Program-made: the position numbers and the translations under genes
The notes under the pieces: generated by a model
Database searches by the model: none
What the model was told of the DNA's origin: nothing
Seen by the model: the letters and a program-made list of their open reading frames with translations, nothing else
Part shown: positions 55,918 to 64,000 of the stretch, one piece after another
Numbering within the stretch: the first letter of the stretch is position 1
How the letters are laid out: each line of letters opens with the position of its first letter
IMG/VR virus record: IMGVR_UViG_3300037067_006488
Span: 1 to 64,000 of that record
Direction: 5' to 3' (one strand)
Source: a virus
Taxonomy: Duplodnaviria > Caudoviricetes
Length of the DNA stretch: 64,000 bases

Positions 55918-57135
55918 CTATTTTAAGCCGTGAGCACGTTTGAACTGCTCGTTTATCTCATCTTCGTAAGTCTTTGCGTGGTCTGCGGGAGCTTCTGTCT
56001 GATTTATCGGCTTGTTGTTGCTTACCTTGTTGTCCAGTTCTGACTTGTACTTAGACAAAGCATGGCTTACACGGGCCTCCATAATCTCTTCCATCCTCTC
56101 CTCTTTAACAAACTGCTCCAACTCCTTCGCCACACGCAACACATTATCTTGTGTAACATCGAGGTTGTTGGAGAGAGCATACTCTGTTATAAACGGCACG
56201 AGATTCTTTATTGCTTCCTGCGGCACATCGTATGTGAATACGGTGTCCTCTTTGCCATCTTTGTCCTTGCGCTTGAACTCGATGGACTTTAACTGGTTGA
56301 CAAGTTCGTTAGCCTTACCAGTCCAATCTTCAGAAAGCCTTTTTAGTTTCTCCTGTCGCTGAACCTCCGCTTGCTTATTCTGTTCGACTTTGGCTTGTAT
56401 CTCTGCTTTAAAATCTTTGATTTCGGGAACTTGTATACCTGAAACAAGATCGTTTAGGTATTTCTTGGCGGCGGCAGCATCCTTCGCAAACTTAACCATC
56501 TGCTGCGGGTCTGTTATTTCTACATTGTCCGCATTGAAATCGGGAGCGTCTATATCAACCCCGTATTCCTTTAAAACACCTTTTACGACAATATCAGGTT
56601 TGTTGGCAAGCATTGGCGTCATATACTGAAGCTGTAAAACCATTGCCTCCACATCTGACAGTTTACCAACCTCGCTGTTTACAATACGGCTTACAACCGT
56701 AGCATCGCGCCCGTCTTTAGCAAGCTGCTCAGATATATACGACTTAGCAAAATTCTCCTTGCTGCCGTATAACTGAGTGGCTTGATCCACCACCTGCTGA
56801 AGCGTTGTTTCAAGTTCGGTATAGTAACCCTTCTTGCCTTTGTATTCCTGAAACTCATTCAAAGAACTCAAATACTCTTTTATATCGTCTTTAGACTTGA
56901 TGTCGGGATATTCTTTTTGGAACTCCTGAAACCAATCTGTCTGTGTCTGTTCTGTTGCGGGTTGTACCGGAGTTTCCTGCACTGTGCTCTCTGTTGTTGG
57001 AGCTTCCTGTGCCGGGGTTTCCTGCTGCACACCATCTATCTGCGTACCCTCTACGAGTGCTTCTTTCCCAAACATATCAAGAACGCCTACTGTTAAAGGC
57101 TGGCTTATCGGTTGGTTGGTTGCTTCTTCTGGCAT
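55918..57135 (-). CDS. putative scaffolding protein
   Basis: Acidic, disordered Q/E/T/P-rich N-terminus, coiled coil; lies between portal and capsid. Confidence 0.65.
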   Translation of the reverse strand: MPEEATNQPISQPLTVGVLDMFGKEALVEGTQIDGVQQETPAQEAPTTESTVQETPVQPATEQTQTDWFQEFQKEYPDIKSKDDIKEYLSSLNEFQEYKGKKGYYTELETTLQQVVDQATQLYGSKENFAKSYISEQLAKDGRDATVVSRIVNSEVGKLSDVEAMVLQLQYMTPMLANKPDIVVKGVLKEYGVDIDAPDFNADNVEITDPQQMVKFAKDAAAAKKYLNDLVSGIQVPEIKDFKAEIQAKVEQNKQAEVQRQEKLKRLSEDWTGKANELVNQLKSIEFKRKDKDGKEDTVFTYDVPQEAIKNLVPFITEYALSNNLDVTQDNVLRVAKELEQFVKEERMEEIMEARVSHALSKYKSELDNKVSNNKPINQTEAPADHAKTYEDEINEQFKRAHGLK

Positions 57136-57155
57136 ATCTTTTGGTTTTAGTGGAA

Positions 57156-57163
57156 CAAAAATA
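57156..57163 (-). promoter_or_regulatory. late promoter element TATTTTTG
   Basis: Intergenic, 20 nt upstream of ATG 57135. Confidence 0.5.
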
Positions 57164-57185
57164 TAACATATTTAATATATCGTTT

Positions 57186-59789
57186 TTACATCGGTGGCAC
57201 AGGTGGTTGTGCTGCCTGTTGGACAGGTGGTTGCACAGGTTGCGCTCCTTGTCCAAGACCTTGTTCTTCAGGTGTCTTGGGATTGGCGGGAACCTTACCC
57301 ATACTCAACCAATACTCTGCAATAGCCTCCTCTATCTTACGCCTTGAATCGTGATCCCTCTTAGCAATATCTGCTATCGCTTGTATCTTGATCTCTGCTT
57401 CTTTAGCCTGTAACTTAGCCATCTCTGTCTGTTGCGTTACTTGTGCGTTTATTGCGGCCTGCTCTTTAATCTGCTGTCCCTGAAGAGCAATCTTTCTTTC
57501 TTCCATCTGCTGTGCAAGCACCTTGTTCTTCTGTATCATCTTACGCAGCTTCATACGCATCTCTCGGATATTCCCTCCCGTGCTAAGAGCATCTAAGACA
57601 AATAACTTCTCGTCAGGAGTTATCTCGCCTTTAGCGCCAGATTCCTCTATGGCTCTTAACATAGCAGCCTTCATCTCTGTATCCGGTCTGCTTAACATCT
57701 TTATTCCGTATTGTACATCACGGGATTTAGCTTGCTGTAATATCCACACCCCGTCTTCTCCTATTACCTTACCGGCTTCGTATCTCGCCTTTTCATCGTT
57801 CTGTATAGCCGTCTGCCACATACAAGAAGTCCTTTTAGCCAACTCCTCTTTTAAATACCTTAAAGCGGTCATCAACGGCATAAGGGATTTTTGTGTGCTC
57901 TCCATACTACGTTCTGTCACACCCAGCCCCGTTTCGGGAGAAGGCGTCTGTCCTAACGCAATCATTGAAAAGCCTGTCTGATCCTCTATCCATTGCATAC
58001 ACATCTGCATAATAGACGCTTCTCCTGCTATGGCTTCTTGTAGGTTGCCTGGGATATAGCTTATCGGAATAGGAGTACCCCCTACATTGCCGTTCATAGA
58101 CATCTTGTAGAACAACACCTGATTTTCCCTTACCGCCTTCAGCACCTTCAACGCATCCAACTTCTTGCCGTTATCTCCAAGTAGAGTTGTGTTGATTGCA
58201 TACAAACCCTGAGTTGCTTTTGCTAATGCGTTCTGTAACCGATACCAAGCGATCTGATACATATTGGCAATAGGCACACACCTGAAAATAAGGGATTTTT
58301 CGGGGAGCCTATATCCGACAAGCGGAGCAAGAGGTTCGTTGTATTGGTATCTTGGCTGATTTGGGGCAACCCCGAACTTAATACAAAAGTCGCTGTTTGC
58401 GATAAGCCAGCAATGATACAACTTACGTATTCTTACCTTCTTGATCGCTTCGTTCTTCCCTAACTTGTAGTAAGCCTTGTAGTGTACTCTGCCGGGGTAA
58501 TTAGCCGTTACCGACACACCATTGCTTCTTGACTTAACACCGCTTACCTTAGTATTCCCTATCGGCTCTACCTTAACAGCATAATTGCTGCCGAACTCCC
58601 TGCCGAAGTCTATCTCGTTAACACCTGACTTAACATCGTATTCTCCCTCTACGGGTTCTTGATAGTCGTAATACCGTTTTTCGCCTCTACGGTTTGTATA
58701 TTCTATTCGTTTGATATATTCTGTATCCTTCCACCAAATCTTATATACCGGAACGTTAAATCGGTCATACCCGTAACCTATATTTATCTGTTTGCTGAAA
58801 TTATCCCATTCTGATTCTGTTGGGTTGTTGCCGTAATTACAATGTGCTTTCGCTATCTGTGCAAACTTCTCCTCGCTGATGGGCTTACCGTAACTATCTA
58901 CGATATGATCCCTGTATTGTTTAAGTTGGCTTATTGTCATCTTAGACAACCTACCGCCGTAATCTGCATTTTGGAATCCGGTTTCGTGGTCGTACTGCAT
59001 GATGACATCCTTGGCATCCACATACTCCCATTTAGGCATACACGTCTCGTCGTCGTAGTCAACCCACGCAAATATATACCCTATATCCATAAGGTCGTTA
59101 AGAACCTGATCTTTAAGAAACCTGTCCCACCCCGATTGGTTTTCTGTGTGCAGGATAAGTTTTTCGTGTTGCATAGTATAAGGAGGTTTGAAGCCACCCT
59201 CTTCTTTTAAATCTTGTAGCTCTTGAAGCCCTTCGGGTATGTATTCTGGTTCTTCTGTCGGCACTCTCGCCTTTTGTTTCAGATCGTTAATCATACTCCC
59301 AAACACCGGATGGGTGTTAGTAAACACCTCCATCATCCTACGTTCTTCTTCCGCTCCGCTATCTAAATCTATATTGTCGGCTTTAATATCGTAATCTATC
59401 TCCGAGAAATGTCCACGTACCTGAGACTTTAAATTAGGCAAAGGGGAAACAATATCTTCCCACATTACATTATACCAACCCTTACGGGCTTCTTCCCTTA
59501 CATCTCTTGATGTATTGTCGTCGAGGACGGTCTCTGAAGTTGTTGTATTCGTACCTGAAAGAAATGTTTTGTATAGGTCGGAGGGCTGCCTACCGAGGCC
59601 GAAAAGCCTCAACTCATCAAAAAAAGTTCCCCAATTACTGCCTATCATCGTCCTGTTCTTTTGATATTTGTGGACGATTGACTTAGCTACTTGTATTGAA
59701 TATTTGGGGGTTTGCTTTACTTCTTCCGGTGTATTTTCAAAATCAGGAAACGAGTACATTTCCGCACTTTCCTTTCTGTAATCTTCCAT
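57186..59789 (-). CDS. portal protein
   Basis: 867 aa directly after the terminase; MEQWIE..TG..IALG, GVTE-like region, C-terminal coiled coil and Q/P tail as in podovirus/crAss portals. Confidence 0.82.
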   Translation of the reverse strand: MEDYRKESAEMYSFPDFENTPEEVKQTPKYSIQVAKSIVHKYQKNRTMIGSNWGTFFDELRLFGLGRQPSDLYKTFLSGTNTTTSETVLDDNTSRDVREEARKGWYNVMWEDIVSPLPNLKSQVRGHFSEIDYDIKADNIDLDSGAEEERRMMEVFTNTHPVFGSMINDLKQKARVPTEEPEYIPEGLQELQDLKEEGGFKPPYTMQHEKLILHTENQSGWDRFLKDQVLNDLMDIGYIFAWVDYDDETCMPKWEYVDAKDVIMQYDHETGFQNADYGGRLSKMTISQLKQYRDHIVDSYGKPISEEKFAQIAKAHCNYGNNPTESEWDNFSKQINIGYGYDRFNVPVYKIWWKDTEYIKRIEYTNRRGEKRYYDYQEPVEGEYDVKSGVNEIDFGREFGSNYAVKVEPIGNTKVSGVKSRSNGVSVTANYPGRVHYKAYYKLGKNEAIKKVRIRKLYHCWLIANSDFCIKFGVAPNQPRYQYNEPLAPLVGYRLPEKSLIFRCVPIANMYQIAWYRLQNALAKATQGLYAINTTLLGDNGKKLDALKVLKAVRENQVLFYKMSMNGNVGGTPIPISYIPGNLQEAIAGEASIMQMCMQWIEDQTGFSMIALGQTPSPETGLGVTERSMESTQKSLMPLMTALRYLKEELAKRTSCMWQTAIQNDEKARYEAGKVIGEDGVWILQQAKSRDVQYGIKMLSRPDTEMKAAMLRAIEESGAKGEITPDEKLFVLDALSTGGNIREMRMKLRKMIQKNKVLAQQMEERKIALQGQQIKEQAAINAQVTQQTEMAKLQAKEAEIKIQAIADIAKRDHDSRRKIEEAIAEYWLSMGKVPANPKTPEEQGLGQGAQPVQPPVQQAAQPPVPPM

Positions 59790-59806
59790 AGATATAAATT
59801 TTGCAA

Positions 59807-59814
59807 CAAATTTA
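59807..59814 (-). promoter_or_regulatory. late promoter element TAAATTTG
   Basis: Intergenic, 17 nt upstream of ATG 59789. Confidence 0.55.
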
Positions 59815-59835
59815 CACTATGTTATTATCTATGTT

Positions 59836-62136
59836 TTAGTACCTTGTTTGTGTGCCGTATAACGAGTCTATATCCATGTCTACATCGTCGAATCTTTCTA
59901 TCATCTTGCCGTAGTTTGAATTGGCTGCATATATAGCCCATCCGCAAGCAGCAAGACCGTCGTGTCTTGTTAAACTCGAAGGATCACGCATCTCCCTTGC
60001 TGATATTAGTAGTTCTTTAATCTTACATCTGTGAGAACGATAAGATATATAATCCCTGAAAGAGTTAAGCATATCGTTTTTTGTTGCGCTGCCGGAATAA
60101 GTGCCTGGCTCTTCTTTCAGCCTCCCGTCAGGAAGGATAGAGTGCCACAAATATCCCCCAAACCCGTTATCGTAAAAGAACTTAATAACCAATTTAAGGT
60201 TACTTTCTAAGTTAACCAACCCACCGTACCATATCGCAACCGCCAACAAATCCTGACAATACACATCTAAACTCGGTCTTGTCTCGTAATATGCGATTAT
60301 CTGCCCCGACTCTTGTTCTATTATCGGCTTATCCAGCTCTGAAGGATCGGTGTTGTGATATACGCCTATTCCTCCGTCTGACAAATGGAATCCTACTTTC
60401 TTATTTGTAGGAGTACGATAATCAAAGGGGTCAGCGCCTATTACAAACCGTGAAGGGAATTTAGGTCTTTTTGTGGGCATGAACTGCCCTGTCTCTGGAT
60501 TCCACACCGGATCACCGTCAACCATTAAATTCTGTTGTCCAAGAAATAGGTTAGACACAATAAAACGTCCTTTGTCGGTAGGCACGAAGTCCACAAGAAA
60601 TCCCCTGCGAACAAAATTGCCCCTTACAACTTCTTCCGGTGACGATCTTAACTTAGACAATGTTTGGTCTATTAAGAGGTAATCCCATCCCATATCCGAA
60701 CTCCCTCCTCTCCAACAGTCGCCTGAAAGCATAGGGTGTTTCCTTATCTCCACCCGATAGTCTGCGTGTTGTGTCGGGTCTGCCAACATCTCCTCGTACT
60801 TGCGTTGCCAAAACTCTTTACTACCTATACCAAGTACATTAAACTCAGACTTAGGGGGAGGATTCTTTAGCTGTGCTTCTGTCGGGGTGTCGGTAACAGA
60901 GAAACCCCATTCGTCTATAAAGTTGTCCGAACCCATCCACACTGGACGAAACACCCTGAACAACCCCGATCTTGTCATACCTACCATGTTCCTTTTATAG
61001 AAATCGGAATCGAAGAACATCTTCATAAAGAACTCCCCACCGGAAGTCATTTCCTCTACCGTAGAAGGATGCCTGCTGATGCCGTGAATATCCGTACCCT
61101 GCATTAAAGTAAGCTTGTCTATGCGCCACCTCTTGTCGTTATCGTGTAAACTATTTTTCCCGGCTTCGTCATCAAGTATATAATGTGCTTTTCTTCTGTC
61201 GTTTGCACCCTCTTTCGCTGAATCGTTCCAAATAATATACCCGTCAAGATAACTTTCCCCAACAACAGTTGTAGGAGGCTTTAGATATATACCACCCGAA
61301 GGATCGTTATTCCCGTCATATATTGGCTTTAGCCACAATTTTAATCGCTTCCATGCAGGTAAGATGTGATCGTTGTATACGTCTTCTGCTGACTTACCGC
61401 TATCTGCCTGTATGATAACATGCCTCTCTCTGCCTGTAATAAGAACCCACATAGCATCCGAAGCGTTCTGCATAGTAACACCTTTTCTTCTTCTTTTGGG
61501 GTGTATGCTTCCGAGAGAAACCCTGTGTCCTGCATCCGTCATTTCTATATCCCCGTTATCGTTAGGAACGGGAACACCGCTTTCGTCTACCGCCTTAAAT
61601 GTTTCTGTTGTAGTGTCGCAATAATGCTCGAATATCTTCACCTCTCTGTCCTCGTTTCTGAAGTCCACTTTCCCCCCGTCTACGGCAATGGGATAATAAT
61701 AAGACAGATAAAAATAATGCTTGGGAGGAATCCAATACGGCTTACCGAATATCCACACCCAATGACCGTATCGTATCCTCCATTGTTCCCTTTTTATAAA
61801 CGCTATCTCCTCTGCGTAGCTTTCTGCATTGTCGTTTAACATACTCCAAAAGAAGTCCTGTTGCATGAAAGACACCATCCTTCCTTCATGCTTGTCTTTG
61901 GCTTTTTGTAGGGCTACCTCTGCTAACCTTGCCAAACGTACAGGCTCTTCGGGATGTTTAAACTTCTGCTGTTCGGGAGGCAACCCGTAACCCTCGATAC
62001 ATCTTACATCGGGCGGATCGGGAAGCCTTAAAACAACAGGCGTTAGTTCGGGATCATTTTCATTGAAAGCGATATACTTATCCGCAGGCTGATACAAACT
62101 GTCATACTTACTCGTTTGAAATTTCTTTTCCTGCAT
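59836..62136 (-). CDS. terL: terminase large subunit
   Basis: PKRRRKGVT (Walker A variant), YILDDEAGK (Walker B), PSTVEEM, nuclease IGADPFD and HDGLAA. Confidence 0.88.
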   Translation of the reverse strand: MQEKKFQTSKYDSLYQPADKYIAFNENDPELTPVVLRLPDPPDVRCIEGYGLPPEQQKFKHPEEPVRLARLAEVALQKAKDKHEGRMVSFMQQDFFWSMLNDNAESYAEEIAFIKREQWRIRYGHWVWIFGKPYWIPPKHYFYLSYYYPIAVDGGKVDFRNEDREVKIFEHYCDTTTETFKAVDESGVPVPNDNGDIEMTDAGHRVSLGSIHPKRRRKGVTMQNASDAMWVLITGRERHVIIQADSGKSAEDVYNDHILPAWKRLKLWLKPIYDGNNDPSGGIYLKPPTTVVGESYLDGYIIWNDSAKEGANDRRKAHYILDDEAGKNSLHDNDKRWRIDKLTLMQGTDIHGISRHPSTVEEMTSGGEFFMKMFFDSDFYKRNMVGMTRSGLFRVFRPVWMGSDNFIDEWGFSVTDTPTEAQLKNPPPKSEFNVLGIGSKEFWQRKYEEMLADPTQHADYRVEIRKHPMLSGDCWRGGSSDMGWDYLLIDQTLSKLRSSPEEVVRGNFVRRGFLVDFVPTDKGRFIVSNLFLGQQNLMVDGDPVWNPETGQFMPTKRPKFPSRFVIGADPFDYRTPTNKKVGFHLSDGGIGVYHNTDPSELDKPIIEQESGQIIAYYETRPSLDVYCQDLLAVAIWYGGLVNLESNLKLVIKFFYDNGFGGYLWHSILPDGRLKEEPGTYSGSATKNDMLNSFRDYISYRSHRCKIKELLISAREMRDPSSLTRHDGLAACGWAIYAANSNYGKMIERFDDVDMDIDSLYGTQTRY

Positions 62137-62785
62137 ATCTTAATGGTTTAGGTATATAATTGTCGGGGAACTCATTAAAGTCTGCGAGGTCGTCGCCCTT
62201 CTCTATCCTGCTTACAATATCTTCCATCCTTAGATTCAGGCTTACCTGTTTGCTGGTTTGATACAAAGCCCTCTTCATGTCCGACACTTCGTCTCCCCCG
62301 AATATCTTTCTCTCCAACACGTCTACCTCAGTCCTTACCTTTGCGATAAGGGGAACAAGATTGGTAATCTTATCCTGAACACTCGACATGGCAACCAAGT
62401 CCACAAATATCCTCGCATAAGCAGTATAAGCCATATAATCCATTCCCATAGACAATAGACAATATTCTGCCATCATGCGGTTAGCATCCATATCTCCGCC
62501 TGCAAGCATATTTTCTATTTCTTCGTTGAATTTGTTGGTGCGTGGATTAAGGACAAACCCTGCGGTAAGAGCACACATCATCTTACGGTGCGGTAACACG
62601 CTGATAGTCTTACGTAACTCGCTCTGCGGATCGTACATCAAACAGATATATGTCAGGAGTTTACGCTTGTTAACATTCTTAATCTCTGGTTTGAAATATT
62701 CGCTAACGGACGTTAGCTTTTCTACGAAATCGGTAGCGTTGGGATTGTAAACAAACTTAGTTGTATCTACATCTTTGATGGTCAT
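62108..62785 (-). CDS. putative terminase small subunit (positional)
   Basis: Overlaps the terL start; helical; YICLMYDPQS motif. Confidence 0.45.
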   Translation of the reverse strand: MTIKDVDTTKFVYNPNATDFVEKLTSVSEYFKPEIKNVNKRKLLTYICLMYDPQSELRKTISVLPHRKMMCALTAGFVLNPRTNKFNEEIENMLAGGDMDANRMMAEYCLLSMGMDYMAYTAYARIFVDLVAMSSVQDKITNLVPLIAKVRTEVDVLERKIFGGDEVSDMKRALYQTSKQVSLNLRMEDIVSRIEKGDDLADFNEFPDNYIPKPLRYAGKEISNE

Positions 62786-62795
62786 ATCCTTGGTT

Positions 62796-63080
62796 TTAGT
62801 TGCCCAAAGATAGACAAATCAGCGTAACCCATATTAACACAATATCCATGCTTATGCAGACGTGCCTCGTTACCTTCTCTAAAATGATGTCTGTGTTGTT
62901 TACTCTTTTGGGGATATTGGGCATCATCTCTTCCCTGCACTCGGAATGTCTTTTTAGGTACTTTTTAAGCCATATCCTGAACTTTTCCCTATCCTCTCGT
63001 GTCCACGTCCGCTTATCCCCCGAATCGGAAGAGAATCTATCTAATTGCGTTTTTATCGCATTGTAATCTTGTGGTTTCAT
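62796..63080 (-). CDS. hypothetical protein with a C-terminal hydrophobic segment
   Basis: ORF track. Confidence 0.55.
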   Translation of the reverse strand: MKPQDYNAIKTQLDRFSSDSGDKRTWTREDREKFRIWLKKYLKRHSECREEMMPNIPKRVNNTDIILEKVTRHVCISMDIVLIWVTLICLSLGN

Positions 63081-63153
63081 CTTTTATCCCTTGACGCAAT
63101 AAACCAAATTAACCCAAACATAAATAAAACATACAGCAACATCCAAATTATAT

Positions 63154-63999
63154 TCATATCCCCCAAGCCTCCAACCTTTGAACAATAGACCCTGATTTAA
63201 GGTATTGAAGATAATCGTTTATATCTTTATAAGGTTGGAATAAATTTCTTTTATCTTGTTTGTTGGGGTGCTCTATCTTCTGAAACCACTCGTCCCCTGC
63301 ATTATCGTTGTCGCATAGATACACAACTCTTTCGTACTTTGAGAAGTCTATATATGTGATATGACCGATGCTGTTAAGAACAATATAGGTTGCTGTTGCT
63401 GCATAACCCCAAAGCGTAACAGCCGACAAGAAATCCATAAAGCCCTCTAAAAGCACTAATGTTTTATTGTCGGGGTTCAGCGTTGTTAGGTACTTAGGCG
63501 AATTGCTTAGTTTGGTTGTTTTGTTTCTGAACTCGCAGCCACCCTTATCCGATTCCCACGATATAACAGTCTTACGATATTTACCCCTATCCCCCTGCAT
63601 TTCTATCCTCGCCTGTTTGCAGAACTTCTGTGCAATGAAAAGAGGTATCCCTCTCCCCTCAAGATAGCGTGTAAGATAAGATGATGTTATCTTCTCGGAA
63701 TACAGAACTTTGATCGCCTGTTCTTCGGGTTCTTTTGTGGGCATCTTGTCCCAAATTGTTTCTTTCTTGGGGGCAAAATCTCCTGACAAAATAGAACAAG
63801 CACCTTTAAAATCAACACCTTCCAACCGCATAACTAAATCTATAACGCTGCCCCCCTCGTGCGAACCAAAATCATACCACGTATTTTTGTTTTTATACGC
63901 ATGGAAACTTGGTTTTGCCTCCGATCTCCAAGGGGACAAATACTTGTAAGACTTGCCCCTTACATTTCGGGGCTCAATCCCCTTGGAGTGAAGGTACTC
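63154..63999 (-). CDS. DNA primase (Bacteroidota-type, Toprim), 5'-truncated by the window edge
   Basis: Frame stays open to the edge (EYLHSKGIEP..KYLSPWRSEAKPSF..WYDFG..GGSVIDLV); LLEGFMDFLS; CDNDNAG. Confidence 0.88.
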   Translation of the reverse strand, partial: EYLHSKGIEPRNVRGKSYKYLSPWRSEAKPSFHAYKNKNTWYDFGSHEGGSVIDLVMRLEGVDFKGACSILSGDFAPKKETIWDKMPTKEPEEQAIKVLYSEKITSSYLTRYLEGRGIPLFIAQKFCKQARIEMQGDRGKYRKTVISWESDKGGCEFRNKTTKLSNSPKYLTTLNPDNKTLVLLEGFMDFLSAVTLWGYAATATYIVLNSIGHITYIDFSKYERVVYLCDNDNAGDEWFQKIEHPNKQDKRNLFQPYKDINDYLQYLKSGSIVQRLEAWGI

Positions 64000-64000
64000 A

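Noticed and set aside
59836-62136. Intein or intron in the terminase
   Set aside because: No C/S...HN splice motifs or LAGLIDADG block; the length fits crAss-like TerL.
852-63949. Numerous 60-180-aa ORFs antisense to or nested in long genes
   Set aside because: Shadow ORFs of the real coding frames with no recognisable motifs or expression signals.
63700-63999. Primase lacking CHC2 zinc ligands as a novelty
   Set aside because: The YLSPWR/SPLR-type replacement is familiar in Bacteroidota mobile-element primases.
1-64000. Stop-codon reassignment as in some crAss-like phages
   Set aside because: Long genes tile both arms in the standard code, and TAA, TGA and TAG all end genes at sensible junctions.

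Overview
This window is a 64-kb stretch of a dsDNA tailed phage genome with a podovirus-type, crAss-related morphogenesis module, read in the standard genetic code. A Bacteroidota host is inferred from TAnnTTTG promoters, Gln+1 signal peptides, and Bacteroidota-type primase and SSB genes. Two convergent arms meet at a bidirectional terminator near 22.34 kb. The + arm (1-22.3 kb) holds small early genes, a glycan-modification island, a tandem GroES, a Stealth-like protein, a Zn-finger HNH endonuclease, recombination/replication genes, an RlmN-like radical SAM enzyme and a truncated DNA methyltransferase. The island comprises methyltransferases, a GT2, an MTase-radical SAM fusion and a 1440-aa six-domain glycosyltransferase. 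The - arm (22.4-64 kb) holds primase, terminase, portal, scaffold, major capsid, four ring-like proteins, a tail stabilisation protein, three ejection proteins, a fibre/depolymerase cluster and a lysis module containing a solo TnpB. The most striking observation is that seven fibre/adhesin/depolymerase-like genes (26-38 kb) all carry Sec signal peptides, six with Gln at +1. Three of them are dense in the Bacteroidota O-glycosylation sequon D-[ST]-[AILMTV]. Together with the phage glycosyltransferases, this suggests exported, glycosylated phage appendages matured in the periplasm. All family assignments come from motif recognition by eye; no database searches were run.
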